The notes under the pieces are model-generated. The model worked only from the letters and a program-made list of their open reading frames with translations, ran no database searches and was not told where the DNA came from. Position numbers and translations under genes: made by a program. A DNA stretch of 64,000 nucleotides from Candidatus Omnitrophota bacterium (lineage in GTDB: Bacteria > Omnitrophota > Gorgyraeia > Gorgyraeales > Gorgyraeaceae): the NCBI GenBank assembly GCA_030649895.1, contig JAUSEX010000026.1:16823-80822 (forward strand), read 5' to 3'. The first letter of the stretch is position 1. Every line of letters begins with the position of its first letter. This document shows positions 41,241 through 50,791 of this stretch, in pieces.

Positions 41241-41303
41241 GGGACAGCGCCCTATTTTAACTTGTCCTCTGAAATTTTCGCGTATAAAATAGGGCGCTGT
41301 CCC
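41241..41303. repeat. TAGGGAC-arm palindromic element copy 3 (18-bp arms GGGACAGCGCCCTATTTT / AAAATAGGGCGCTGTCCC, 27-nt spacer), between the gpsA stop and the tRNA-Pro 5' end
   Basis: Read from the sequence. Each arm is also internally palindromic (TAGGG-ACAGCG-CCCTA). Confidence 0.7.
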
Positions 41304-41336
41304 TTAATTATACCACATATAAAGCGCGGTTTCAAA

Positions 41337-42326
41337 TCATTCGGCTTTAGGCTCTCTGGTCATCAGTTCATTAACCGCTAAAAGAGGCGATTTGTTTTCA
41401 AATAAAACCGCGCGCACCTGCTGGGTGATAGGCAGCTCTATATTGTATCTTTTACCTAACTCCACTGCTGAGCAGGAAGTCCACGCGCCTTCTATCTCCA
41501 TCACGCTTTTATTCAGGAGTAACTCCGGCTTATTGCCTTTGCCTATCTCTTCGCCGAACCTGTGATTCCTGCCTTCAGGGCTGATGCACGTGGTAATCAT
41601 ATCCCCCAGCCCGCTCAAGCCCTGTAGAGTATCCCTGTTAGCGCCCATTGCCAGGCCCAAACGCGTCATCTCTGCCAGACCTCTTGTAAGTATCGCTGCC
41701 TTTGTATTTGCTCCGAACCCAAGGCCGTCTGAAATACCTGAGGCAATAGCTATCACATTCTTAAGGGCTCCGCCAAGCTCTACGCCTATTATATCTTTAT
41801 TGGTATAAACCCTGAAATGCTCTGCCCTGAATATATCGCTAACCTTTCTTGCGAAAATCTCATCCTCTGACGCCACTACTACAGCTGTCGGAATCCCCCT
41901 CGCCACTTCAGGCGCTATGCTTGGTCCTGACAATACAGCTATTTCCCTGCCTCCTAAGGCTTCCCTGACTACCTCGCTCATTCTTTTAAGAGTTTTTCCT
42001 TCTATACCCTTTGCTACGCTAACAAAACCAGCCTGTAGTTCTCCTAGGATCTTATTATTTTTTGTAATGACATCCCGCAGAAATCGCGACGGTATTGCCA
42101 GAACTATCAGATTGGAATCTCCGCACGCAACACGCATATCGTCTGTAAGCTGAATAGTCTTTGGGATTTTAAAACCGGGCAAAAATTTCTTATTCTCCCT
42201 GTTCTTTTTTATGGCCTCTACATCTTCTTTAAAAGCGCCCCAGAGCGATACGTCAAACCCTTTATTTTTCAATAAAATTGCTAACGCCGTGCCCCATCCG
42301 CCATCCCCTAAAACCGATATTTTCAC
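41337..42326 (-). CDS. gpsA: NAD(P)H-dependent glycerol-3-phosphate dehydrogenase
   Basis: N-terminal GxGxxG (VLGDGGWGTALA) and GpsA C-terminal domain. Confidence 0.9.
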   Translation of the reverse strand: MKISVLGDGGWGTALAILLKNKGFDVSLWGAFKEDVEAIKKNRENKKFLPGFKIPKTIQLTDDMRVACGDSNLIVLAIPSRFLRDVITKNNKILGELQAGFVSVAKGIEGKTLKRMSEVVREALGGREIAVLSGPSIAPEVARGIPTAVVVASEDEIFARKVSDIFRAEHFRVYTNKDIIGVELGGALKNVIAIASGISDGLGFGANTKAAILTRGLAEMTRLGLAMGANRDTLQGLSGLGDMITTCISPEGRNHRFGEEIGKGNKPELLLNKSVMEIEGAWTSCSAVELGKRYNIELPITQQVRAVLFENKSPLLAVNELMTREPKAE

Positions 42327-42460
42327 ATAACCTCCTGAATTTATTCAAGTTTAGCATATGACGACAATGTAGTCAATACATGATTCCAGGGAATTCGGTA
42401 TTATTTAAATAGCTGGATTATAAATATCGCAATATCCAGCCCTGGCAGGCCTAATAATAA

Positions 42461-42543
42461 ACCATAGACACTTCGTAAGCGGGTCAACTAGTTGACCCAC
42501 TTACGAAATATAATAATTAAAAAACAGGCCGTAAACCGTGGCG
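42461..42543. repeat. Family-4 conserved intergenic element (CCATAGACACTTCGTAAGCG ... TAATAATTAAAAAACAGGCCGTAAACCGTGGCGG). It carries a 29-nt palindromic insertion relative to the copy at 61630-61683
   Basis: The two loci align over about 55 nt at roughly 90% identity by manual alignment. Confidence 0.6.
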
Positions 42544-42630
42544 GACAAACGTCTTTTCGTAGGCCAGCTATGGCTGGCAAACACCTGCTAGCGCTATTTG
42601 ACATTGAAAGTATTGCATGGCTCCATAAGA

Positions 42631-43143
42631 TCAGATGATAATCTTGGAAAGGACTATCGTACCTTTGAAAACTGGCGGATTTTGCGAAACAAGGCTGAAA
42701 TCGAATTCCTTCAATATCGCCTGGGTAGGCGGTTTTGCGATTTGCGATATAAATTTAATGATATCAGCCATATCCCCTTCTATTTGAATCTCCATAGAAT
42801 GCTCCCTGTAGAAATCCTTTTCAATTTCCAGCCCAGGTTTTATATTGCTGGTTTTTACGCCAAAGACGTCCGCCTGTCGCTCTATATCATTTAAGATTCT
42901 GGATATATTTTTAGTAACCTTTGCGTGCTCATTGTATTCCTGAACAATAAAATCTCTCCTCTTCATCAATCTTATGCCTTTATTCATTATGGCTCTTCTG
43001 GCAGCTATCTCGCTGTTTAAAACCTGCCACTTCTTAAACCCTGCCTCTATTATAAAATTATATAATAACGCCGTAACGATAAGGGCCATGGCTGCGATAA
43101 AAATATAATTTTCTCTCCTTGAAATCATCATATCAAAACGCAA
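42631..43143 (-). CDS. Putative T2SS/T4P inner-membrane assembly protein (GspM/PilO-like, single TM)
   Basis: N-terminal transmembrane helix plus a periplasmic domain. Position is last in the gsp-like operon. There is no strong motif. Confidence 0.3.
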   Translation of the reverse strand: MRFDMMISRRENYIFIAAMALIVTALLYNFIIEAGFKKWQVLNSEIAARRAIMNKGIRLMKRRDFIVQEYNEHAKVTKNISRILNDIERQADVFGVKTSNIKPGLEIEKDFYREHSMEIQIEGDMADIIKFISQIAKPPTQAILKEFDFSLVSQNPPVFKGTIVLSKIII

Positions 43144-44290
43144 AACACGCTATGTTAAAATCAGTAAATTTCTGATTTTCTATTTCTTTTTTAGTAGTAT
43201 ACCTGACCTCTACTTTTTTAAAATATTTTGATTTCTCGAGAACCTTTATAAAATTAAATACGCTGGGCGTCTCCCTGACCATGCCCTTACAATAAATGAT
43301 GTTTTTGCCGTCATAATCAAACCCTTTCAGGAATATATCATCCGGCACAAGCCGGTAAAATTCCTTTAAAATATCCACGATACGTCCGCCTTCTTTTTTC
43401 TGATATTTTAAAAGGCCCGTCTTTTTAAGAAAGCTGTTCAGCTGATTCATGTCTTTCCGCATCTTATCTGTTTTTTCGGAAAGCATCAAGATTTCCCTGC
43501 TTTTTTCCCGGGTCTTAAAAACAAAAAGACTTGCTATAACGCCTACGGCAACCAACAGGAGAAAACACGTCGCGAAAGCCTGCTTGATATTCTCCGTATT
43601 TAACCTCTTATCAATGTATTCCCCGGGCAAAAGGTTTATTTCCAGAGGGGCGCCAGGGCTTTTCAGAACCCTCCTGTATTCATAAAAATTTACAGGGATT
43701 GAGAAAACCGCTTTTATTTCAGATTCTATATTTCCTCTATCCAGCTTTGATCCATGCATAACAATCAACTCTTCAGCATCTTTGCTGCCCTTGTCTCTTT
43801 TATAAGAAAGAAGAGATCGGTTTGTCTCGCCTAGCCAGCCCTCGGGACTGCTCAAGCCCCTGGAAAAAACAGGCTTGATACCGTCTAATATCATGATCTC
43901 CGGATATTCTGCCTCTATATTTATAACCAGGCTTACCTTATCATGTTTAATTATGCCTCTTGTTAAAAGATATAAATACAATAATTCCGTCTCCAGCCTC
44001 ACGCTGTCAGGCCTGATCTTTTTCTCGGCTAGAATCTCTTCTATCTGCTGTTTTTTTGCAACAACAAGCAATATATAAGAAAATCCTTTTTTGTATGACC
44101 CTAGATTCCTGAAACTTATTATTAACCTTTGTTTTGAGTAAGGAAACTCTTTAATGGCCTGTAATTCTACCATGCCTTTAATATCAAAAAAGTCCACAGA
44201 GGGCAGCTCTACAAACCTCAAAGCCACCTTGTTTCTTGGGATGACCAGGGCGTCTCCTGACCGGTTCAATCTATCCCCTCTTTCCAGCAA
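43133..44290 (-). CDS. Putative GspL-like (PilM-PilN fusion-like) assembly protein
   Basis: Cytoplasmic actin-like N-terminal region, a central transmembrane segment (FATCFLLLVAVGVIASLFV) and a periplasmic C-terminal domain. Operon position supports the call. Confidence 0.3.
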   Translation of the reverse strand: MLERGDRLNRSGDALVIPRNKVALRFVELPSVDFFDIKGMVELQAIKEFPYSKQRLIISFRNLGSYKKGFSYILLVVAKKQQIEEILAEKKIRPDSVRLETELLYLYLLTRGIIKHDKVSLVINIEAEYPEIMILDGIKPVFSRGLSSPEGWLGETNRSLLSYKRDKGSKDAEELIVMHGSKLDRGNIESEIKAVFSIPVNFYEYRRVLKSPGAPLEINLLPGEYIDKRLNTENIKQAFATCFLLLVAVGVIASLFVFKTREKSREILMLSEKTDKMRKDMNQLNSFLKKTGLLKYQKKEGGRIVDILKEFYRLVPDDIFLKGFDYDGKNIIYCKGMVRETPSVFNFIKVLEKSKYFKKVEVRYTTKKEIENQKFTDFNIACFAF

Positions 44291-45111
44291 TAAATTTTCC
44301 CTAGCCTGTCTACTACTGCCATGATGCGTTTTGTTTCATTCTTATCTTCCGGAAAAGACGCTTCTGCCAGTATTCTGAAAAATTCTGATTTTACGTCAAA
44401 TAAAAACTTATGCCTTAAAATAACATCTGGCGCGGTTCCAAAATTTTCGAACACGAGACTGAAATTATCCTCGGTAAATACGCCGTCATCGATTGTGCCG
44501 ATCTTATTGTCGTCTCCCACCCTGAATCCGATAATCTTATTTATTATTGAATCATTTTCGATAACTGCCCTTAACGTATTTTCATCGGATGTATTTATGT
44601 TAATCCTGGGATTAGCGCCCCTGTAAATTGTTACATAATCTTTTATCTTCGAATACATATCTCTTGTCATGCCTTCTATCAAAAATAATTCCTCCATGAA
44701 CTCAAAACCCTTTTCCTCTTTTTTAGCCTTATAATCCAAAAGCCCCTGGCTAGTCCCGTTATCCAGCCCAAGCGTTATTAAATGTTTTTTGCTTAGGCCC
44801 GGGCCATTCAGATTAAACCTTGCGCTTTCGTCATGAGAGCTGTATATAACGCTGCCCCCTCCCAGTTTAAACTCTTTTTCTTTATTCCAACCTTCATTAA
44901 GACTGTCGTAATTATTTTTATCTTCATTAAGATCAATTATAGCTTTTACGACCCCGGCCTTTGCAAGATACGATAACTTTATATCTATAGATTCATGTCT
45001 CGCAAGTTTTATATCAGATGCGGAATTGCGGGATATGGCTATGCTGAATAAAGATAAAATGATCAGCACCCACATCACAAATATCAATATGCTGGCTTTT
45101 TCGTCTTTCAT
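44266..45111 (-). CDS. GspK-like minor pseudopilin
   Basis: Hydrophobic N-terminus (ASILIFVMWVLIILSLFSIAIS) and size similar to GspK. It follows GspI/J-like genes. Confidence 0.45.
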   Translation of the reverse strand: MKDEKASILIFVMWVLIILSLFSIAISRNSASDIKLARHESIDIKLSYLAKAGVVKAIIDLNEDKNNYDSLNEGWNKEKEFKLGGGSVIYSSHDESARFNLNGPGLSKKHLITLGLDNGTSQGLLDYKAKKEEKGFEFMEELFLIEGMTRDMYSKIKDYVTIYRGANPRININTSDENTLRAVIENDSIINKIIGFRVGDDNKIGTIDDGVFTEDNFSLVFENFGTAPDVILRHKFLFDVKSEFFRILAEASFPEDKNETKRIMAVVDRLGKIYCWKEGID

Positions 45112-45689
45112 TCTGCCCCTAATATGCCTTGAGGGATAAGTATTGTTTTATGATACGCGTCTTCGTTCAGTCCAAGCTTAAAATTAATCTTAACCAGCAA
45201 TGGGATTTTCTGCTGAGGCCCTTCCCATATACCTTTCCATTCAAGGCCCTTAAGGCCATATCTTACTCCATACGCGTATTCAAAATCTATTGAATCTGCC
45301 GAAAATATAAATTCGTCAACCGCCTCTTCTTCAAAAAACCTGTCATCCGCAAAAACGGAATTCTTTTTCATTAGAACCTTACGACCTCTATTCTTATCTT
45401 CCGCTATATAATAATTAACCGCGTAGATTTTACCTTCTTCCCCTGCGACCGGAAATGTGATTTCTGACGGCATTCCTTTAAAAGGTACGCCGGAAAAAAA
45501 GAACGAGCCCCGCAATTCTTTCTGCATCCTTAAAAGCGATATCCTGATTTTTTGAAAATCCCTGCTTTCGGCGCTTCTACGCCATGCCTTTATGCCTGCG
45601 TTAAAAGCGCCATAGATAGAAACAACCGCTATAGCAAATATCAACATTGAGATTGCAAGTTCTATGAGAGTAAAGGCTTTGCGCGTCAT
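45108..45689 (-). CDS. Minor pseudopilin (GspJ/GspH-like) with a prepilin N-terminal motif
   Basis: FTLIELAISMLIFAIAVV class-III signal and N-methylation motif. Confidence 0.5.
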   Translation of the reverse strand: MTRKAFTLIELAISMLIFAIAVVSIYGAFNAGIKAWRRSAESRDFQKIRISLLRMQKELRGSFFFSGVPFKGMPSEITFPVAGEEGKIYAVNYYIAEDKNRGRKVLMKKNSVFADDRFFEEEAVDEFIFSADSIDFEYAYGVRYGLKGLEWKGIWEGPQQKIPLLVKINFKLGLNEDAYHKTILIPQGILGAE

Positions 45690-46063
45690 ATATAGGTTAA
45701 AATAGATAAATCTTCTTCTTTGTCTTTATTATGCCAAATGACCTTAAGGTTTATTTCTTTGCAAAAACCTCCTTCTGTGCCGCCAATATCCAATGCCCAA
45801 GAAAATCTATTATCAAAATCGCTGAATTCTCCTCTCGTTGCTCCGTCTTCCACGCTGCTATTATAAAGCTCCAGCATCTTCTCTTCAAGCAAAAGCCCTG
45901 CCTTAAAATAATCCATCGAGAGCTCCGTCGCCCTCATAGGCCTGATAAAAGAATTCAATACAAATAAAACCCCGCAAGCCAATATCGAAACGCTCACCAT
46001 TATTTCAAGCAATAAGAAGCCTTCGCTTTCCCGCCCCTTAAGTTTCCCAGTTAAAGACATCAT
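45686..46063 (-). CDS. Minor pseudopilin (GspI-like)
   Basis: GFLLLEIMVSVSIL prepilin-type N-terminus, about 125 aa. Confidence 0.45.
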   Translation of the reverse strand: MMSLTGKLKGRESEGFLLLEIMVSVSILACGVLFVLNSFIRPMRATELSMDYFKAGLLLEEKMLELYNSSVEDGATRGEFSDFDNRFSWALDIGGTEGGFCKEINLKVIWHNKDKEEDLSILTYI

Positions 46064-46445
46064 CCCCTCCGCCTTCTACCTTGTCAGGGCCATGAGAATA
46101 AAGATCATAATCTATATTATGATCCCCTGGCGATCTATAAATATAGCTGCTTCCCCATGGATCAAGCGGCAATTTTTTAAGATAAGGCCCTTTCCATTTT
46201 AAGCTAGAGCCTGGTTTTGCCAATAACGCGGCCAGCCCTTCTCCGGTTTCCGGGTATTTTCCATTATCCAGTTCATATAAATCAAGCGCGACTGAAATAT
46301 TTGCATTTATATCCGCCCTGGCTGCAACTATTTTGGCTTCTTCGGAACGGCCGACAAGTCTGGGCGCAACCATAGAAACAAGAACACCCACAATAACTAC
46401 TACAAGCATTAATTCAATAAGAGTAAAACCTTCTTTATTATTCAT
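46038..46445 (-). CDS. gspG: Type II secretion major pseudopilin GspG
   Basis: GFTLIELMLVVVIVGVL and the C-terminal DPWG..Y.Y..PG.H...DL.S.G.D...GG..D..N motif. Confidence 0.85.
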   Translation of the reverse strand: MNNKEGFTLIELMLVVVIVGVLVSMVAPRLVGRSEEAKIVAARADINANISVALDLYELDNGKYPETGEGLAALLAKPGSSLKWKGPYLKKLPLDPWGSSYIYRSPGDHNIDYDLYSHGPDKVEGGGDDVFNWET

Positions 46446-46458
46446 TTAATCCTCCGTT

Positions 46459-47658
46459 TTAATGAGAAACCAGGGATATTTGAAAAACAGGCAAAAGCAT
46501 TGCAATTACTATGAAACCTATTACAAGGCCCATTATTAAAATAAAAACGGGCTCCAAAAGAGTAGTTATTGTTTTCACTTTATTTTCCAATTCTTTTTCG
46601 TAACTCCTGGCGACGTTTAATAACGCCTTATCCAAAAAACCGCCTTCTTCGCCAACCGCTATCATATTTCCTACCATCAAAGGAAAAGACCCGGTTTTTT
46701 TTATTGCAATAGCAAGGCTTGCGCCCGATTTAATGTCTTCATAGATTAATCCGGCGTCTTCTTTTATCGCGCTATTAGTTATCACGCCGGAAACTATCTT
46801 TAAAGAACTTAGCATAGAAACCCCGTTTTTTAGAAGCATAGAAAAAGTCCTCGAGAACCTTGCAAACTCCGCATCCTTTATAAGGTTTCCAAAAATAGGG
46901 ATTTTTAATTTTATCTTATCCAGTTTAATTTTTGCAACATGGTCCGAGCCGATGTTCTTAAGCAAAAAAACCGCCCCTGCCGTAAAAAAAATCATCCAAA
47001 TCCAATAAACCCTTACAAAACCGCTTATCGCTATAAGCATCCTTGTAGGTAACGGCAATTTCTCGCCCATCTCTATAAACATATCCACCAATCTGGGAAC
47101 AATAAATGCGACCAAGATAAATATTGTGCCAAGGCCCACCAGCGCCATTAAAACAGGATATGCGGATGCCGTTATAATCTTGGCGCGTATGTCCTCGTCT
47201 TTATCCGATAGATCGGCTATATTTAACAGGGCCTCGTTCAGCGAGCCTGATTCTTCTCCCGCGCGCACAATATTTACATACAACTCTGAAAAAGTGCCTG
47301 GATAATTTTCTAACGCCTCTGAAAATTTTTTTCCATCTTTTATATAACCTTTTACTGCCTTCGTTATTATTTTTAAATTTTTATTTTCAGACTGATTTTC
47401 CATCAGGCTCAACGCATTATAAAGCGTAATTCCCGCGCTTAAGAGTTCAGACAAGTGTCTTGTAAAATCAGCCAGGCGTTTTGAATTAATTCTATAAACC
47501 GCAACCCTTTCAGCATTTTTCAATTCCTCTTTAACCGATATAGGATAATAGCCAAGCCTGACCAATCTATTAATAGCTATTTTTTCTGAGTCAGCCTCAA
47601 TAGCGCCTTCCATAGTTTCAGCCGGGCCTTTTTTCGCTTTATATATAAATCTAGCCAT
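46459..47658 (-). CDS. gspF: Type II secretion / type IV pilus platform protein GspF/PilC
   Basis: Duplicated T2SS_F domains and three transmembrane segments, about 399 aa. Confidence 0.85.
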   Translation of the reverse strand: MARFIYKAKKGPAETMEGAIEADSEKIAINRLVRLGYYPISVKEELKNAERVAVYRINSKRLADFTRHLSELLSAGITLYNALSLMENQSENKNLKIITKAVKGYIKDGKKFSEALENYPGTFSELYVNIVRAGEESGSLNEALLNIADLSDKDEDIRAKIITASAYPVLMALVGLGTIFILVAFIVPRLVDMFIEMGEKLPLPTRMLIAISGFVRVYWIWMIFFTAGAVFLLKNIGSDHVAKIKLDKIKLKIPIFGNLIKDAEFARFSRTFSMLLKNGVSMLSSLKIVSGVITNSAIKEDAGLIYEDIKSGASLAIAIKKTGSFPLMVGNMIAVGEEGGFLDKALLNVARSYEKELENKVKTITTLLEPVFILIMGLVIGFIVIAMLLPVFQISLVSH

Positions 47659-47687
47659 ATCCTTAAAATAGCGCCGCGCGCCATCCG

Positions 47688-49130
47688 CTAGTCCTCTTTT
47701 GTCACCCTGACAACCTCACTGATAGTCGTTATGCCTTTTTTTACCTTTTCCAATCCATCCATCCTGAGAGTGCGCATACCCAATTCCAGCGCCTTATTCT
47801 TTATCTGGCCTGATGGCAAACGTTTTAAGATCATTTCCCGTATCTCGTCTTTCATTATTAAAAACTCATATATAGCTGTCCTGCCTTTATATCCTGTAAA
47901 TTTGCAGTATTCGCAGCCTTTCCCTTTGCAATCAAGGCAGATAACCCTGACAAGCCTTTGCGCAATAAAACATTCTACGGAACTCGCCACAAGATACGGT
48001 TCAATCCCTATATCTAAAAGCCTGGCTATGCCTCCTGCCGCATCATTTGTATGCAGCGTGCTAAAAACTAAATGCCCTGTCAAGGCGACTCTTATGGTTA
48101 TTTCTGCCGTCTCGTAATCCCTTACCTCTCCTAACATCATAACATCTGGGTCATGCCTTAGCATGGACCTCAGCCCTGTGGCAAAATTAAACCCTATCTT
48201 TGGATGAACTTGCATCTGGGTAATGCCTTTCAGCTGATATTCTATAGGGTCTTCTATGGTTATAATTTTTTTATCTGTATTATTTATCTTGGATAAACAG
48301 GCGTAGAGCGTGGTAGTCTTCCCGCTGCCGGTAGGCCCTGTAACAAAAAAAATCCCATGAGGCTTATTGATAAGCCTTTCGAGCGCTTGAAGGTCAGCAA
48401 TAGATAATCCCAGCCCCTCCAAACTATAAAGCATAGAACTGATAAGGATCCTGATATCTACGCTTTCTCCAAACTGCGTGGGCAATATAGACACCCTCAA
48501 GTCCATTTCCTGACCTGCTACTTTAATTTTTATCCTGCCGTCTTGAGGAAGGCGACGCTCTGAAATATCCAGGTTAGCCATAATCTTTATCCTGGAGACA
48601 ATGGCTGATTTAAAATATGCTATATTCCCGGGTATGGGCACATCATATAAAATACCATCCATCCTATATCTGATCCTGACATCTTCTTCGTATGGCTCTA
48701 TGTGTATATCCGTAGCGTTATCATTTACAGCCTGTACCAGCATCTGATTAACAAACTTCACTATAGACGCATCCTGGGCCAAATCATCTATATTTTCCAT
48801 CCCAGCTTCTTGAACCTCGAGCCTGGAGCCTTGAGCCATAATCTCTTCTATCGTTTCAGCGCCCAGGCCATAGCATTCTTTAATAGATTTTAATATATCG
48901 GCAAGACTGGCGTATACAGGCTCTATCTTAAATCCTGAAAATAAACCAATCTCGTCCAAAACATTTAAATTCAAAGGATCTTCTATGGCCAGGGTAAGAA
49001 CATTTTTTTCAAATTTTACCGGCAAAACTTTATAGTGGTATGCAAACTTTGCGGATATCTTCTTTAGGGTATCCGGATTTATTTTTATATCTTTCAGTCC
49101 AATAGAAGCTATGGATTCCAAGGCAGGCAT
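47688..49130 (-). CDS. gspE: Type II secretion / type IV pilus assembly ATPase GspE/PilB
   Basis: GspE N-terminal domain, Walker A GPTGSGKT, Asp box, His box and a tetracysteine motif. Confidence 0.9.
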   Translation of the reverse strand: MPALESIASIGLKDIKINPDTLKKISAKFAYHYKVLPVKFEKNVLTLAIEDPLNLNVLDEIGLFSGFKIEPVYASLADILKSIKECYGLGAETIEEIMAQGSRLEVQEAGMENIDDLAQDASIVKFVNQMLVQAVNDNATDIHIEPYEEDVRIRYRMDGILYDVPIPGNIAYFKSAIVSRIKIMANLDISERRLPQDGRIKIKVAGQEMDLRVSILPTQFGESVDIRILISSMLYSLEGLGLSIADLQALERLINKPHGIFFVTGPTGSGKTTTLYACLSKINNTDKKIITIEDPIEYQLKGITQMQVHPKIGFNFATGLRSMLRHDPDVMMLGEVRDYETAEITIRVALTGHLVFSTLHTNDAAGGIARLLDIGIEPYLVASSVECFIAQRLVRVICLDCKGKGCEYCKFTGYKGRTAIYEFLIMKDEIREMILKRLPSGQIKNKALELGMRTLRMDGLEKVKKGITTISEVVRVTKED

Positions 49131-49204
49131 TAATGCACAGTATAATTCCCGCTAAACAGTCAAATCAATTAAAAATAAGGCAGATTATAATGCCTCAAAG
49201 GATA

Positions 49205-50440
49205 TTATAATTTTTTTACGCAGAGCGTGGCGTTATGGCCGCCGAAGCCGAGTGAATTGGATAAGCAGGAATTGACCTTTACCTGGCGAGCCTTATTGGG
49301 CACGTAGTCAAGATCGCAATCAGGGTCTGGTGTTTCGTAGTTTATTGTAGGGGGAATAATGCCATTTTCTATGGCGAGGCAGCATATGACGAACTCCACC
49401 GCGCCTGCAGCGCCTAGCTGATGGCCGAGCATTGATTTAGTGGATGAAACAGCTACTTTTTTAGCAAAGCTGCCGAATACTTTTTTTATCGCAAGGGTTT
49501 CTATCTTATCGTTAAGCGAAGTGGATGTGCCATGCGCATTTACATAGCTGATATCCTCAGGCTTCAGGTTAGCGTCTTTAAGCGCGTTAACCATGCACCT
49601 GGTAGCACCTTCGCCTTCAGGGTCAGGCGCTGTCATGTGATAAGCATCGCCTGTCATGCCATAGCCCACTATCTCGCCGTATATCTTGGCGTTTCTTTTC
49701 TTCGCGTGTTCCATTTCTTCCAGGATCGCAATCCCGCAGCCTTCTGACATTACAAAACCGTCTCTATCCTTATCAAAAGGCCTTGATGCCCTCTGGGGTT
49801 CATTATTCCTGGTGGAAAGGGCTTTTAATGCGCAGAAACCTCCGATACCAAGAGCGCTAATGCAGCTTTCAGTACCGCCCGCTATCATGACATCTGCGTC
49901 GCCATATTGGATAATCCTCATTGCTTCGCCTATGGCGTGCGAACCTGATGCGCAAGCAGTTGTAGTGCAAAGATTCGGGCCCTTAACACCTGTCATAATA
50001 GAGATATGGCCTGACGCCATATTTACTATAAGCATGGGTATCAGAAAAGGCGTTATGCGGGAAGGGCCTTTTTCCAATATCACCTTATGCTCTTCCTCTA
50101 TTATCCTCAAACTTCCTATGCCTGAACCCACTAACACCCCTATTCTATACGGATCTTCTTTGGATACATCAATGCCTGAATCTTCTATGGCATTTTTTGC
50201 AGCTGTCACGCCGAACTGCACAAATTTCTCCATCCTTCTGAGCTCTTTGCTGGAAATAGAAGGATGAGGCACAAATTCCTTGATCTCTCCTGCGATGCGG
50301 GAATCGTACTGGCTGGCGTCAAAATGAGTCAAGGGACCGATGCCGCTTTTGCCTTTTACAAGATTATCCCAGAAGATCCTATTAACGCATCCTATTGGAG
50401 AAACTATTCCAAGTCCAGTAACAACAACTCTTCGTTTCAT
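49205..50440 (-). CDS. fabF: 3-oxoacyl-ACP synthase II
   Basis: KAS-II active-site Cys (ACASG) and HGTST/HQLGAAG motifs. Confidence 0.95.
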   Translation of the reverse strand: MKRRVVVTGLGIVSPIGCVNRIFWDNLVKGKSGIGPLTHFDASQYDSRIAGEIKEFVPHPSISSKELRRMEKFVQFGVTAAKNAIEDSGIDVSKEDPYRIGVLVGSGIGSLRIIEEEHKVILEKGPSRITPFLIPMLIVNMASGHISIMTGVKGPNLCTTTACASGSHAIGEAMRIIQYGDADVMIAGGTESCISALGIGGFCALKALSTRNNEPQRASRPFDKDRDGFVMSEGCGIAILEEMEHAKKRNAKIYGEIVGYGMTGDAYHMTAPDPEGEGATRCMVNALKDANLKPEDISYVNAHGTSTSLNDKIETLAIKKVFGSFAKKVAVSSTKSMLGHQLGAAGAVEFVICCLAIENGIIPPTINYETPDPDCDLDYVPNKARQVKVNSCLSNSLGFGGHNATLCVKKL

Positions 50441-50520
50441 ATATATCCTTTAAAAATAAGGGGTCAGAAGAGATTTAAAAATTAATTTAAGAACTCTCCT
50501 AACCCCGTATATTCAAACTA

Positions 50521-50760
50521 TTACTTTTTAATGCCTTTTTCTTCTATGTATTTAACAGCATCTCCGACCGTAGTGATTTTCTCGGCGTCTTCATCAGGAA
50601 TCTCTATGCCGAACTCTTCTTCAAGAGCCATTACAAGCTCTACTGTATCAAGAGAATCCGCGCCAAGATCATCTATGAAAGATGCCTCAGGAGTCACTTC
50701 TTCCGCCTTTACTCCTAGCTGTTCTGCTATTATTGATTTTACTTTTTCAGCAACTGCCAT
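50521..50760 (-). CDS. acpP: Acyl carrier protein
   Basis: [20 protein letters not shown] phosphopantetheine-attachment site. Confidence 0.95.
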   Translation of the reverse strand: MAVAEKVKSIIAEQLGVKAEEVTPEASFIDDLGADSLDTVELVMALEEEFGIEIPDEDAEKITTVGDAVKYIEEKGIKK

Positions 50761-50791
50761 ATAATAATCCTCCTTGTTGTTTGCTTCTAAA

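Noticed and set aside
42340-42630. A small ncRNA such as SRP RNA, 6S or tmRNA in the 300-nt gpsA-upstream spacer
   Set aside because: No match was found to the conserved SRP domain IV, tmRNA tag-reading frame or 6S bubble features by eye. The spacer instead contains the family-4 repeat and two simple hairpins (42411-42440, 42467-42508). This is left as unassigned intergenic sequence.
49178-49195. Hairpin AGGCA-gattataa-TGCCT after fabF, considered as a terminator
   Set aside because: The stem is only 5 bp and AT-rich. It is too weak to annotate as a terminator, although the following minus-strand sequence is U-rich.
49686-50267. 193-aa plus-strand ORF, together with the many other 60-200-aa plus-strand ORFs in the track (for example 3487-3894, 10760-11197, 14565-15023, 17315-17908, 25122-25721 and 27624-28190)
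   Set aside because: All are fully antisense to conserved minus-strand enzymes (here fabF), have no RBS or domain signal and show biased low-complexity composition. They are treated as non-coding.
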